Shown here piece after piece: positions 1 to 10,995 of a stretch of DNA of 22,928 nucleotides. The stretch's first letter is position 1. Each line of letters begins with the position of its first letter. Source of the stretch: Elsinoe ampelina (taxonomy: Eukaryota); assembly GCA_010093995.1 (NCBI GenBank), contig ML992503.1, positions 1,665,234 to 1,688,161 on the forward strand. Direction: 5' to 3'. Below the pieces are notes generated by a model that made no database searches, was not told the DNA's origin, and saw nothing but the letters and a program-made list of their open reading frames with translations. A program made the position numbers and the translations under genes.

Positions 1-943
1 GCAGCAACTTTTTGGAATCGGTGCGCAGATGTCAGAGTTGGGCCCCGCCTTCACTGCTGGTCCTTCCGATCTTCATCGCGTCTAGCTGGCGCTATCGATA
101 ACGACTTACCTTCGCAAATGTACGATGTATACGACTGTATATCAAGACTTAGACGTCCATCACGAAGAGATCATACCGGAATACCCTCTCACGGCTTTGG
201 CATATACAACTATTACGATATCTGGTCTAGGCAGACCACGTCCATTCCTTCCACTGTGGACATTACGATGTAATGCTTCACTGTCACAGTGTCATGACCC
301 TGGTTCCTATCAAGAGTTTTTTTTGGCTTGCGTCAACGGCGTTTCAGCAGCAAGGTTAGGAAAAGCAAGGAGTTGGAGATGTACCGTTGATCATGGCACT
401 CATTCATCAAGGAGGTTAAGTTGACGCTTCCTGGAGTTTCGTAGATTCGCATTTATACCCACAAAATAAGAGAAATGCCAAATTAATCTGGCTACATACC
501 AGATATCCCCGCTTCTGCCCGCCTCGCCGGATCCAATCGGAACTAGATCCAGGTGCACGGCTTTCCAGGATCTGCTTGGATCCTCAGGGCCAAATCACCC
601 GAGACAGATCGTGCACTTGATGCAACCACTGCAGGGGCGCCAGGTCTCGGGACGCCCTGATCGCTGTCGTTTGTCCGCGGACGGTGTTGAAATGTCGGTA
701 GTGCAAACTCTACCGAGTTGGAGCTTTGCACCTGCCCATTGCACGTGTCCTGACCAAAGTTCGCTTGCCACCACACAGCAAAACATTCGTCTGAGCGTCA
801 GGTGACTTCATAAGCTTCTGTTGAGCCTCTCGTTGAGCACCGGCGTCCTCACAGATCAGACCAAAAATGCAGAGAAACGAAGAGGTGTCAAGTTCGGGGT
901 CCGTCCCGCGAACCCGCCGACCTCGGTGGGTCCACCCACGGCG

Positions 944-967
944 CCAATCCGCGAGCTCTTGACCAAT
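944..967 (+). promoter_or_regulatory. Pair of CCAAT boxes upstream of the TF gene
   Basis: CCAAT at 944-948 and 963-967, ~315-335 bp upstream of ATG 1281, next to a GC-rich patch (890-940) with short inverted repeats. Short motifs, function unproven. Confidence 0.3.
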
Positions 968-1280
968 CAGGTCTCATCCTGATGGTGTGGTCCCTTTCGC
1001 TCTCCGAAGACCGGCTCTCCGCTTTATGTCGCCGACCGCTCCATCGTATCAGCTCACAGCCTAATCTCGGAGCTTTTGCCTGGCTTTACCGTCAGATGGA
1101 AGCTGTTTATAATGTCAGACATGCTCGGGCTCCTGTTGACGAGAGGCTGGCCGTCGATATGGGCTTCCCCAAGACTCAGAGCTTGCCTTCTAGCCTGCTA
1201 ACGGAGCGGTGAGGGTCAGTGTGGTATGACAGACCTGACTTTCAGCATTTGATCGCTTCACGAACTCTACCGTACCCGTC

Positions 1281-3977
1281 ATGGCGATCTTCTGTACCTA
1301 CTGTGGGCGAGGCTTTGCTCGAAACGAGCATCTCCAGCGCCATGTCCTTACCCGTAAGATGGAGCAGAAGATGGCAAGTCTCATAGCTGACGTGCAACAG
1401 ACACAAACCTGCGACCCTTTGAATGCCCAATATGTCACCTTACCTTCACGAGACGGTACATCGCTTGATACCGGATCTTCACGCTGCTTGCTGATTCTCG
1501 CCAGCGACCTGATGAAAAAGCACTTTATTGCTCATGACGCCAACGAGAAACCTCTCAACTCTGACAGCGCTGAGACCGCTCGAGCATTGGCCACCAAAGT
1601 CAGGACCTCAACCGCCTGCGCTAGCTGTGCGAGGACCAAGACCAAGTGTGACAACCAGCAACCATGTTCAAGGTGCTCAAGCAAAGGTCTCGAGTGCCTG
1701 CCGCGAACACCACGCCCTCGTGGACCTCGGCCGAAGCATAAACGGCTTGCTATGGAAGCAGCAGCAAGCACGGCCGCCGGGAATACAAGCCCGAAGCGAC
1801 TGTTCGAGATCGACGATGCTGCCCCCATGGTGGAAAGGGCGACTAAGAAGGCCAAGCTGAATCAACATGGAACGTCGCACGCTTCAAGGTGCGGCAGATC
1901 TCCAGAGTCATTGGCCATCAGTGAATCTCTGGAAGTATTAGATGCTTCCAACATGCTTCCGAAACTACTACCAATGCCTTCACCTGTACCAGGAATGGAG
2001 GAGCCCGCTTCGATCGAAGGCAGCATCTTCGTTCAACAATTGCTCACTCCAGAGCATTTCCAAAGTGATGCTGAGAAGCCCGCCGCAGCCGGACCACAGT
2101 GCATTTCGCTAAGCCACGAGGAGCACTTATGCGGCAATGAGCAAGCTGCAAGCGATAGTGCGTCATGGCAGAAACTCCTTGATTCATCATGGGACATTGA
2201 TCGTATTCCGAGTCTTCTCGGCTGCTCATTCGATGCTACTCAATGGTCGTATCCGACGATAGAGGACTGTACAAGACCAGATTCGTCGGAGCTTCTTCAA
2301 TCACTAGACTACATGTCACCGCAGGAAACGCATGTATCGCCGATGGACGTCTTTCCGCCCCCCTCCTCCAAATTCGATTCAGTCTCCAGCGCAAGTTCGA
2401 AGTGTGGCCCAATGTTGACACCAAAGTCCCTGGAAACGTCAAGCGCTACGGAGGATGACTTTGTCTTTGACTCCATTGAGGAAGACTGGGTCCAAGGATC
2501 CCAGAAGACTAAGCGAGTCATTCCTACTAGTATCAAAGATTGCTTGAAGCGTATGGATTACTCACAACGATCTTCATGCGATGTTGCTGTAGACTTTAAC
2601 GATGAAGACTTGTCGACAAGTCGTGATCATCAACACAGCATCGCTGCGCATGATCGGGACAGAATGATCGCAACTACTCAGCACCATTTCAAAAGAGCCA
2701 TGAAGTCCTATGGTCTCTGGACACCCGCATCATTCATGACTCTGCCATCTTGCACCAAGATGGAGCACTTCATCTCGCTATACGCCAGCAGGATAGAGCC
2801 ACACTACCACTTTGTTGGTGGTAAGACGATTGACACAGAAAGATTGCTGGCCGTGGATTCCAATCATTATGGAATGCTTGTCATGCTCTCGATCATTGCC
2901 GCCGGAGCTATGCTCGACCCGGATCATGAAGCACAATACTTCAGTGTAGGCATATCGGAAATGTGCAGGATCACATTCAAAGACCTCATCAAGAAAGATG
3001 AAGACTATGCGACGTCCGATGTTGCCCTCAAGACTAGCCGTCTCCTGCGATTCACCCAGGCTTGGAGCGGAATAAGCGACGCCGGAGCTCTTTCCACGTC
3101 GCTATCAAGTCCCACTACCCCTGCGTGCTTAGTGAGCGAGCAAGAAATGGGACTGTTCGGAGTCTGTCCGACTCAGCGTCTGGATATCGACCTCGAAGAT
3201 GTAAAGCTGGACGATGCTGACGGCCTTCCGCCAACCTCGCTGCAGTCTCTGATTCGACTGTTCCTCAACGACGAGCTCGATGGGAGCATTCTGACGACCA
3301 GGAGACTACGTCTCCTACTATATCCCCTACAAACACTTGTGGACGATCATCGCCGGTCTTTGCAGACCGTGGGAAGGCCATCGCAGACTGCGAATGCTCG
3401 ATCGGAACACCTGAATGCGTCAGCTCAACTACGACAGGGAGAGCTGCAATTTTTGTTGAAGCGGTGGCAGAAAATCTCTGACGGCATGTCCAGCTTTGAA
3501 GCTGATGACAACTTGGCAGCAACTCAGAGCAAACTTATGTTTCACATCATCAGTCTCAGCCTCTTCGCTTCGTGGAAGGATGCTGAAGTGCTAGCTGGAA
3601 GAATGAGCGAGGGCGAAGTCGTAGACGCCGTGGCTGAAGCTAAGCTGTTACTGTCCGAGCCCTGGGAAGCTATTCATCATAGCGGACGCATGATCGCCAT
3701 CATGAAGGAGGTGCCGGCTACGAATCGACCGGTCTGGTGGGCCGCTGCTCTGTACCGAGCTGCTCTCATCATCTGGGCCTACAGCCTCGCCCTGGCTGAG
3801 CACACTTCAGACGAAGGTAGCGCGGCTGGCAAGCCAAGCAATACCAAAGGGGCCATGTCAGCAGAAGCTGCGGAAGAGGTGGTAGACGAATGCATAGAGA
3901 TACTAAGCTCTGATCAGGACTGTAATTGGTTCGAGCTAGGGATCAAATCGAAGCTGGAAATGCTTCGTGCTCGATAG
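1281..3977 (+). CDS. Cmr1/Amr1/Pig1-like transcription factor: two C2H2 fingers + Zn(II)2Cys6 cluster + diverged fungal TF C-terminal region. Exons 1281-1353, 1401-1455, 1505-3977 (866 aa)
   Basis: Introns 1354-1400 (GTAAGA...GCTGAC...CAG) and 1456-1504 (GTACAT...GCTGAT...CAG). Splicing gives MAIFCTYCGRGFARNEHLQRHVLT-H-TNLRPFECPICHLTFTRRDLMKKHFIAH: two canonical C2H2 fingers with an HTxxRPF linker, followed by CASCARTKTKCDNQQPCSRCSSKGLEC (Zn2Cys6). This combined architecture and the FCTYCG N-terminus are recalled hallmarks of the Cmr1 family; orthology not established. Confidence 0.88.
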   Translation: MAIFCTYCGRGFARNEHLQRHVLTRKMEQKMASLIADVQQTQTCDPLNAQYVTLPSRDGTSLDTGSSRCLLILASDLMKKHFIAHDANEKPLNSDSAETARALATKVRTSTACASCARTKTKCDNQQPCSRCSSKGLECLPRTPRPRGPRPKHKRLAMEAAASTAAGNTSPKRLFEIDDAAPMVERATKKAKLNQHGTSHASRCGRSPESLAISESLEVLDASNMLPKLLPMPSPVPGMEEPASIEGSIFVQQLLTPEHFQSDAEKPAAAGPQCISLSHEEHLCGNEQAASDSASWQKLLDSSWDIDRIPSLLGCSFDATQWSYPTIEDCTRPDSSELLQSLDYMSPQETHVSPMDVFPPPSSKFDSVSSASSKCGPMLTPKSLETSSATEDDFVFDSIEEDWVQGSQKTKRVIPTSIKDCLKRMDYSQRSSCDVAVDFNDEDLSTSRDHQHSIAAHDRDRMIATTQHHFKRAMKSYGLWTPASFMTLPSCTKMEHFISLYASRIEPHYHFVGGKTIDTERLLAVDSNHYGMLVMLSIIAAGAMLDPDHEAQYFSVGISEMCRITFKDLIKKDEDYATSDVALKTSRLLRFTQAWSGISDAGALSTSLSSPTTPACLVSEQEMGLFGVCPTQRLDIDLEDVKLDDADGLPPTSLQSLIRLFLNDELDGSILTTRRLRLLLYPLQTLVDDHRRSLQTVGRPSQTANARSEHLNASAQLRQGELQFLLKRWQKISDGMSSFEADDNLAATQSKLMFHIISLSLFASWKDAEVLAGRMSEGEVVDAVAEAKLLLSEPWEAIHHSGRMIAIMKEVPATNRPVWWAAALYRAALIIWAYSLALAEHTSDEGSAAGKPSNTKGAMSAEAAEEVVDECIEILSSDQDCNWFELGIKSKLEMLRAR

Positions 3978-4834
3978 ATCGGCGCTGTATCTCAGCTTAA
4001 CCGACGTCGATTTCTTCAACAACAGCCGCACCAACTGTAGAGCGGCAGGTGAAAGGTCTCAACGACCAGAAAGGGAAACGGTCGCGTGCCTCCATCACTT
4101 TGAGAAGGGACCTAGTTCTGCACTTCGCGTATCGGCAGGGTTACAATCACAACGATTTCATCTAATCGCCGGGCCGTGTGAAGCTTCCATGCATCGACCA
4201 CGTGCAGCCCTACTCCAGGGCGCTGATCTAACCACACTGAGCAAAAGGTAATCGTAGCCGCAAGTGCGGGTCCCCAGGTTAGAGTTGCCACGGACCCAAA
4301 CTATCCGCCCGGTACATGGAACATCATCTCCCCTTAGCGAGCATGCATGAGAACCGGTTCCCAAGAAGAGAATGGAGTGTATAACGATCAACGCGGATTA
4401 GTGTGATAGTCGGGCATGCCGTTCGTCAAAACATTTGTGAAGACTAATCTGCATGACGGGAATGGGGGGAAGCTTGCCTTGTTTCACGACAATCGACGTG
4501 GGGAGAGCTTGATTAGTTGACGAAAAGCCATGCAGGACCCGCGGCATGTTGGACAAGTAGAGGCGGCATCTCCGGAAAAAGGCGCCTCCTCCGGCTCCTA
4601 TCGAGCTGTTCTCCAGCTACTTTCCCGGCTAGTTGGCTGTACTTTCTGTATGCATGTCTGAGGATCTGGGAGGCTACGTGGGCTATTTACATCATGGCTC
4701 GTGCTAGTTTGCGAGATGGTGGTCATGAGCAGGGCCCGGTGGGCTGGGATCTGGTGCTCGAGGGAAGGGCATAAGTACGGCGTGGTGGTCGCTCAGATCT
4801 AGCTCATTACCCCAATGCCTCATGCTCAACCATC

Positions 4835-5720
4835 ATGGCTCTCCCAGGCGGCTCAAATGACTTGGTCAATAGTACCTTGACGCTCATTGGGGATTCACGC
4901 CGCGCTTTGGCCGCGCTCCAAAGCAACAACCCGACCGAGCTTCTCGCTCATCATCGACCTCGTGCTGGGCTAGATGAGACTCAAGCCGATACCAACTTCG
5001 CGACGACCAGGAACAGGTCACCCGTCATCAGAGCAACGGGTAGTCACCAAAGACTACGACGATCAAGCTTCCAGGACACCATCCCGCCTGCACGCCCGCG
5101 AGCTCACTCATGGACTTCGATGGACAACTTCTTCCCTCGAACATCTTCGTTGCACAACGCGAGTGTCAACGAGTTGTTAAGAAGAGTCCTGTCACCAATC
5201 CGAGAAGAGCTAGACAGAGTTGCGCAAGAGGTCAATCGCCGCCAAGGACCACGCGACTCTTCATCTCGTCAGCGCGAGGAGCACATCAAGCGAGCTCAAG
5301 AGGTCTCTGCAAGCATTCAGCATTTCCTGGCTTCTCTGACTACTCGGTCCGGCCGGCGCGCGTCTGATACGGAGATCGTTGCGAATAGTGCACGTAGCAC
5401 TACGAGTGGCCGGCTTGGTACGATTTCAGAAAGAGCACTGTCGAACGCGCCCATCATACCGATGTCGACGACATCAATGGTGGATCCGGATTCTCCGAGA
5501 CGAGCAATGGCAGATAGTCAGCCGAATGGGGTGGCGCCGGTCGCGCCTCAAACGGAAGAAGGCATGAAACAGTGGTTGCAGCAACTCATCTTAGTAAGTT
5601 GAGATCTCCCGAGAGGACATCTGTGCACCCAAACTGACAACACAGGATCTTCAGGGTGTTGGTGATTGGCACCCTTTCGGGCCTTCCTACCACGGAACTC
5701 CGCCTCCACCACCTTTGTGA
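4835..5720 (+). CDS. Hypothetical protein, 277 aa, Ser/Arg-rich, largely disordered with a helical middle. Exons 4835-5593, 5646-5720
   Basis: 253-codon ORF with good start context (CATCATGG). It ends in a perfect donor GTAAGT at 5594, with branch ACTGAC and acceptor CAG at 5645 (52-nt intron). Last exon reads DLQGVGDWHPFGPSYHGTPPPPPL-TGA. No family recognised. Confidence 0.65.
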
Positions 5721-7165
5721 AGTAGCTGGCTGCTTCGACCTCCATCGAACCGAAATCGTATCGCATTCCTTTCTCCATTACATCCCTAACGTAGTGCACG
5801 CATGCCGTAAAGGCGTCTCAAGTCTCGAAATGCCGGCCATTCACAGTCCTACCGCTATCCTCACCACTATGTCCAGTTACATCGAAATCGGCCACCTTTC
5901 AATCTGGTCTGGTCTCTCGTTAGCTGTTGGTCGACGAAATTGCTCCGCGGGCATCGAGAGAGCACCAGTGAGAGGCCAGAATATCACCAAGTTCTATGAA
6001 ATTCCCTAAGCAAAGAATCATTCCGTCAAGTATCAGACGATGCTTTTGTCGAGTCACTACCGAGTCCGTGCGGGAACATGCAGCATATATGGCGCTCCGA
6101 AACCTGACAAGCAATGACATGCAGCACGTCAGCCGCCCCTTGCGAGCACAAGTGTAGATTCGGTAAGCCTGATGGGCTTGGACATGAATTTGCTTCGAAT
6201 TACTGTACACGCGGGCGTTCATGATCTACATTCCCGTCGTGCAAAGTTCTTGCCAACCAGTCTGCGCGTTACCGAAACCTTCACCATTACATACTCAACA
6301 CACCGAAGCCACAGCAGTGTCGTAAATGCCTCCTTACGATGGTCGAGATGCATTGCTTGTGCGATTCTGTGACGAGTTCCAGTACCCAAGAATCATAGTT
6401 TGTATGAGCGGCTTCCCGCGTCGCAGATCTGCTCCCTCTCGTGGGTAGACTAGCTACGGATGCTGAACAATTTTCGATTTTTACCCAGAGTCCTATACAG
6501 CGATTCGCAACGAATGGTTGTCACCTGCGTGTAGTCTTGGTCCTCGATGCTGCGCTACAACTTGCTCGGTTGCTTGTACCATTTCACTCGTCTTCAGTAG
6601 TCGTCCCTTGCAAGTCCTTTACCATGATGCACGACAGGGTTAGATTGCAAGGTCGTCTGCATCGGATAGCAAGAAGATTCAGGGCGCGACATATCCGCGT
6701 ATACATGTATCTGACATTGAGGAGACAGACGATACATCACCTTGGGCGCTTAGCCGAGCGATGCAATTGGCTAGGCACTGATGACTTTCAGGCAAAGAGA
6801 GATGGCCACGCCTAGCAAGGATAGGACCGCCTTGGACTAATACGACAAGAACAGACTCTGCTCTAACGCGCTTCGGGCTTGACACATGAATGAGAGTGGT
6901 GAGCACTCAACACCAGAGATTGGATGGATTTGACCAGTAAATTCAGAACACGATCACACTCTATGGATCCCGTAACGCTGCGGATTCCAGGACGAGAAGA
7001 GACAGAGCAGTACTAAAGACTGCTTTTTTCCCAGTTTCGAAGATGCAAGATCATGAAATAGACAATAGAGTCAATCTTTCGCTTTTTTACGCCATCCGAT
7101 TCACCCACCCACACCTTTTCAGCAGTGTTCGTGGTCTCACGTGACTGCAACTAGCCGAGGCAATC

Positions 7166-7957
7166 ATGTTGGACACTCGAAACATCCCCGGCACTTTTCT
7201 CGCCGTCCTCCTCGTCGGCATAGCTTTCTGCTGCCTCCAGTACATCCACAGAACCATTCGCAATGCCCAGCGAGCACTTGTCAATATCAGAAGTAGACTC
7301 ATACTCCTGGGATCCGTCGTCGAAATTTTGGACACAGCTATGGGACACGACCCCGCATCCCACACAGAGGCAACCAGTGATTCATCGCCGAACCCTGCCA
7401 GGGATTTGAGCCGCACCATACTCCAGACTACTAGCCAGTCCTTGGCCAATGAAATCCGTCTTCTGGATAAATTCCACTCTTCGTCATGGCTAAAGCAGAT
7501 CTCCACGTGGCGTCACTTCGTGACAGAGGCTGAAACCACACTGGTCTTCGCGAATCAGAACATCGCTTTGTTGATAGCCTTGAGCTACAGGACGGCTGGT
7601 AGCCAATCTGACAACCAACCCAACTCCTTGGATCATGACGGGCAGAAGATCTGCATCCTCCAGATCGACCGCGGCTTTCGCGAACAGGAACAGCACGCCC
7701 TGCACATGATAGCTGTGCTCCACTGGCTTCTAAGACATGCGATGCATTCGGACAACAACGACAGCTCTGACCTTGACTCTGACTTGAGCTCTTCTGCGCA
7801 TGTTGATGAGGATCGCGATGATGACGATGCACTCCAGGTGGTGATCGCTGGGGAGCACAACCAGGTAAGTTGAAACCTCGAACACTGCATCATTGCTCAC
7901 CGATAGCAGGATCTGGCTGGAATTGGCGGAGCATTCGCCGATCTGAGGGCGCGATAG
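7166..7957 (+). CDS. Hypothetical protein (~248-249 aa) with N-terminal hydrophobic helix; possible HeLo-like / fungal STAND N-terminal helical domain. Exons 7166-7864, 7907(or 7910)-7957
   Basis: 233-codon first exon, donor GTAAGT at 7865, branch GCTCAC, tandem acceptor TAGCAG (7904-7909); last exon (Q)DLAGIGGAFADLRAR-TAG. The pattern FLAVLLVGIAFCCLQYIHRTIRNAQRALVNIRSRLILLGSVVEIL ... LLDKFHSSSWLKQISTW ... NIALLIALS resembles HeLo-like N-terminal domains (visual resemblance only). Confidence 0.62.
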
Positions 7958-8118
7958 CCAGGATTGACATGCCGGCGCTACGGGCGGCATGAGCAGCGTG
8001 GATGTCAATCAGGGGCAGTTGCATCGTCTGAAAGAACAGTAGTCGTAGAAGAAGTCTTGATGTCTCGTAAATACAGTTCATGTATGGTCAATACTTTCCC
8101 GATAACCTCACCATACCT

Positions 8119-10668
8119 CTACCTCCCCCTCGCCTTCTTCAACCTCTTCTCAGCCCTCACATCCTTCTTCAACCTCGCATCCACCATCTTATACTTCCCC
8201 TTTACACCGCCCGGCCTTCCCTTCTTGCCTCTATTCCCACCCCTCGCCACGACAACCTTGACAGGCTGCTTCTTCTTCCCCGTCTGCCTCGCGGCCTTGG
8301 CCATGAGCTTCTGAATCTGCGAAGCCTTGTCCTTCTCGCTCACGTCTTCACTGTCGGCGAGCAGAGCGGACTTCTTCTTCAGCTTCTCGAGGCGAGTGGC
8401 GGTGCGCATGGCTTTTCGTGCTTTGGCTTCGCGGACTTTCTTGATGGGTCGGGCGTTGAGGGCGCGCAGCTTCTCCTTGATGGCGTCGGCGGCTTCTTTG
8501 GTGATGGGGCGTTGCGGGCGGGAGTGTTGGTTTTCGTCGTCGAGGAACCAGTCTGGTAGGCCGTCGACGTCGCGGAGTGCGTACTTGTTGAAGTTTTCGT
8601 CTGCGAGGGAGGCTTTGCTCACTTTGCCAGTGGCGAGCTGGTGGGCGAGGGTCATGGCTTCGGCGGTGATGATGTCGATGTTTGGCCGGCCTTTCTGCTC
8701 TGGCTGTTCTTCTTCATCGTCGGAGAAAGAGGTGGCTTCGGGTTCTGGTTTGCTCTTGATCATTTCGATGCCGTCATCATCGTCATCGTCATCCTCGTCT
8801 TCGTCAATTTCTTCCTCGACCTCTTCTTCATCTTCCTCAGCTGGCTCGTCCAGTGTCGCCATGATGGGTTGCGGCTTGCCATTGTTTGATGAGTCTGATG
8901 AGTCCGCCATGTCGATACCACTATCAAGATTACTTTCTGCTGGCTCGTCGTCCAGACCATCGATGCCATTAAAGATATCCTGATTGAAGAACATGGCAGC
9001 ACGTTTAGACAACCCATTCGCAGGCTGCTCTGATGTATCAAGGTCCTTTACGAGGTTCCCGGCGTCGTCCTCATCACTAGATGCATCACTGTCGTCATCT
9101 TCGACTAGCCCATCATCCTCGTCCTCCTGCTCGCCATGGTCGGAGAATCCGGTAAATTCTGTGTCGTCGTGCTCCTTCCGTGCGCGCTTAGCCTTCGCCT
9201 TGGCATCTCGTGACTCTCTGCGCGTCTGATAGTCTTCATACATAACATCCAATTGGCCTTCCAGGTCGTCGCCATCTTCGTCTGAGCTGTACTCCTCTTC
9301 CTCCTCCTCTTTCTCTGGTTGCACCACGGCGACACTGTGCATTCTGCCTCGAGCCACTTTCCCTGTCAAGCCAGCTCTGTCGACGGATTTGAGTTGGAAC
9401 ATGGAATCCTCGCCAGTAGGTCCAGCTTGTTCCAGACCGAGCTCCATGGGCGTGGTCATGTTCATTTGCATTCGCACAATCTCCTTTTGCTTCTTCTCGT
9501 TGTCCTTGCGCCTCTCTTTGCGCTTGACTTTGTTGGACATATCCTTCATCTTTTGAAGCTCTTCCTGCATCTGCATTTCCTCATCCATACTTTCCACAGC
9601 TGTAACCTCATCATCCTCAGCTGTTTCTTGCTGCTTGGCAGATTCCATTGCTGCTTTCCGGGCTTTTGCAGAGAAGCCGAATTTGTCTCTGACCTTCAGA
9701 CGCCATCGTAAAAGCAGCTTGAACTCTTTCCGGCCGAGCACCTTGAGATCTGCACAGCAATCTCGGATCTCTTGGGTTGTGTCCGGCAGCTTGTCGAGAG
9801 CAGCAAGTGCTATGTCTCCATTACCCTTCTGCTCAAAACTGAGTCTATTCATCTCTCCAAGCATCTTAATCGGATCATTTGTCTGAATGAAGTCGCTTGC
9901 CGGCACTTCATGGAATTGTGTCCAGTCGTCCTCCTCGTAACCCTCGCGCTTCCTCTTCTTCTTCTCGGGGTTGAACACCTTGGCTTCATTATTCGGAGCG
10001 GCGATCTCCACCTCAGCAAAAGCATGTTTAGGATCGAGAAAGCGCTGGTCGAGATTCTTCGGAGCCTTGAAACCTTGACAGACGTAGAACGTCTCGGCGG
10101 AAACATTTCGAGATGAGGGCGGCTTGGTCTGCTCGACCTTGTTGAACAGCTGCTTAAAGATCCATTCCAGCTTGTTGGAGTCCTTGGAGCGGAAGACCTT
10201 CGTAACGAACACACCGCCTGGTGCTAGAAACTCAGTAGCCAACTTCAGCGAGGAAAGTACAAGCTCGTTCTGCGAGAAGGCATCCTGCACCCAGGCGGTA
10301 CCGACGTTTGGAGCACCATCGTGGATGACCGCGTCCGCCTTGAATGTCTTCAAGTGTCCTCGGATCGTCGCTCTGCACTTGTCGGTCGTGATGTCGCCCT
10401 GGAAAGTGATCGCTCTCGGAATGGGTTTGATGGGAGCCAAATCAACACCCACGATGAGTGAGTTGACCGGCATGGTCTCAGCCGCTACTTGGAGCCATGA
10501 TCCTGGTGCTGCACACAGATCGATCAGACATCTTGACTTCTGTAGAAACGAGAACTTCTTGTTGAGCTGAATGAGCTTGAAGGCAGCTCTGGCTCGATAG
10601 CCCTTCTCCTTTGCCAAGTAGTAGTACTTGTCCAAACGGCCCTTGCCATGCTTCTTCTGAATCGCCAT
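8119..10668 (-). CDS. SPB1: AdoMet-dependent 27S pre-rRNA 2'-O-methyltransferase Spb1 (FtsJ/RrmJ domain, acidic middle, Spb1 C-terminal domain), 849 aa, apparently intronless
   Basis: Begins [36 protein letters not shown]; motifs [37 protein letters not shown]-terminal [37 protein letters not shown]. True ATG at 10668, not the 10920 GTG of the ORF track. Confidence 0.97.
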   Translation of the reverse strand: MAIQKKHGKGRLDKYYYLAKEKGYRARAAFKLIQLNKKFSFLQKSRCLIDLCAAPGSWLQVAAETMPVNSLIVGVDLAPIKPIPRAITFQGDITTDKCRATIRGHLKTFKADAVIHDGAPNVGTAWVQDAFSQNELVLSSLKLATEFLAPGGVFVTKVFRSKDSNKLEWIFKQLFNKVEQTKPPSSRNVSAETFYVCQGFKAPKNLDQRFLDPKHAFAEVEIAAPNNEAKVFNPEKKKRKREGYEEDDWTQFHEVPASDFIQTNDPIKMLGEMNRLSFEQKGNGDIALAALDKLPDTTQEIRDCCADLKVLGRKEFKLLLRWRLKVRDKFGFSAKARKAAMESAKQQETAEDDEVTAVESMDEEMQMQEELQKMKDMSNKVKRKERRKDNEKKQKEIVRMQMNMTTPMELGLEQAGPTGEDSMFQLKSVDRAGLTGKVARGRMHSVAVVQPEKEEEEEEYSSDEDGDDLEGQLDVMYEDYQTRRESRDAKAKAKRARKEHDDTEFTGFSDHGEQEDEDDGLVEDDDSDASSDEDDAGNLVKDLDTSEQPANGLSKRAAMFFNQDIFNGIDGLDDEPAESNLDSGIDMADSSDSSNNGKPQPIMATLDEPAEEDEEEVEEEIDEDEDDDDDDDGIEMIKSKPEPEATSFSDDEEEQPEQKGRPNIDIITAEAMTLAHQLATGKVSKASLADENFNKYALRDVDGLPDWFLDDENQHSRPQRPITKEAADAIKEKLRALNARPIKKVREAKARKAMRTATRLEKLKKKSALLADSEDVSEKDKASQIQKLMAKAARQTGKKKQPVKVVVARGGNRGKKGRPGGVKGKYKMVDARLKKDVRAEKRLKKARGR

Positions 10669-10995
10669 GGCTTGACAACCAAAGAGGCGGCGATTATGAG
10701 AAGATGGACGGTGGGCGACAACGAGAAAAAGTTCATGCGGAGATAGAAATCTTGGCAAATTCATGAAATTCCAGCCGAGCGGGCAGCCGCGGCGCGGAAT
10801 TGACCGAAACCTTGAAAGCGTGACTCGCGGGTTTTGCGGCGGGTCGGCGCCCACATGACGAAAGGCCGGGCGTGGGACGACAACAAGCTCATCTGCCACT
10901 TTTCCACCGACATTGCACACAATTCACCGGTCCATCTACTTGTCCATGTATTCTCCCGTCGGACATCAAGTGGTGGGCATATCGTAACATAGAAT
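10669..10995. promoter_or_regulatory. Probable bidirectional promoter shared by SPB1 and the YML020W-like gene
   Basis: Only 327 bp between divergent start codons, with a GC-rich core (10770-10875) and pyrimidine-rich flanks on each coding strand. Confidence 0.55.

Noticed and set aside
1..1280. Short ORFs and small GC hairpins (890-940) upstream of the TF
   Set aside because: No coding signature; stems of 5-8 bp in GC-rich DNA are expected by chance.
5721..7165. Several 66-124 aa ORFs between the two orphan genes
   Set aside because: Mostly non-ATG starts, no recognisable motifs and no convincing splice sites; treated as UTR/intergenic, though an unseen small gene or ncRNA cannot be excluded.
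8327..8983. 218-aa poly-Ser ORF and other plus-strand ORFs over SPB1
   Set aside because: Antisense shadows of the Asp/Glu-rich Spb1 codons.
10669..10920. 84-aa N-terminal extension of Spb1 in the ORF track
   Set aside because: Starts at GTG, runs through the shared promoter and has no Spb1 similarity; the conserved start is MAIQKKHGK at 10668. An in-frame ATG at 10764 is probably upstream of the TSS.
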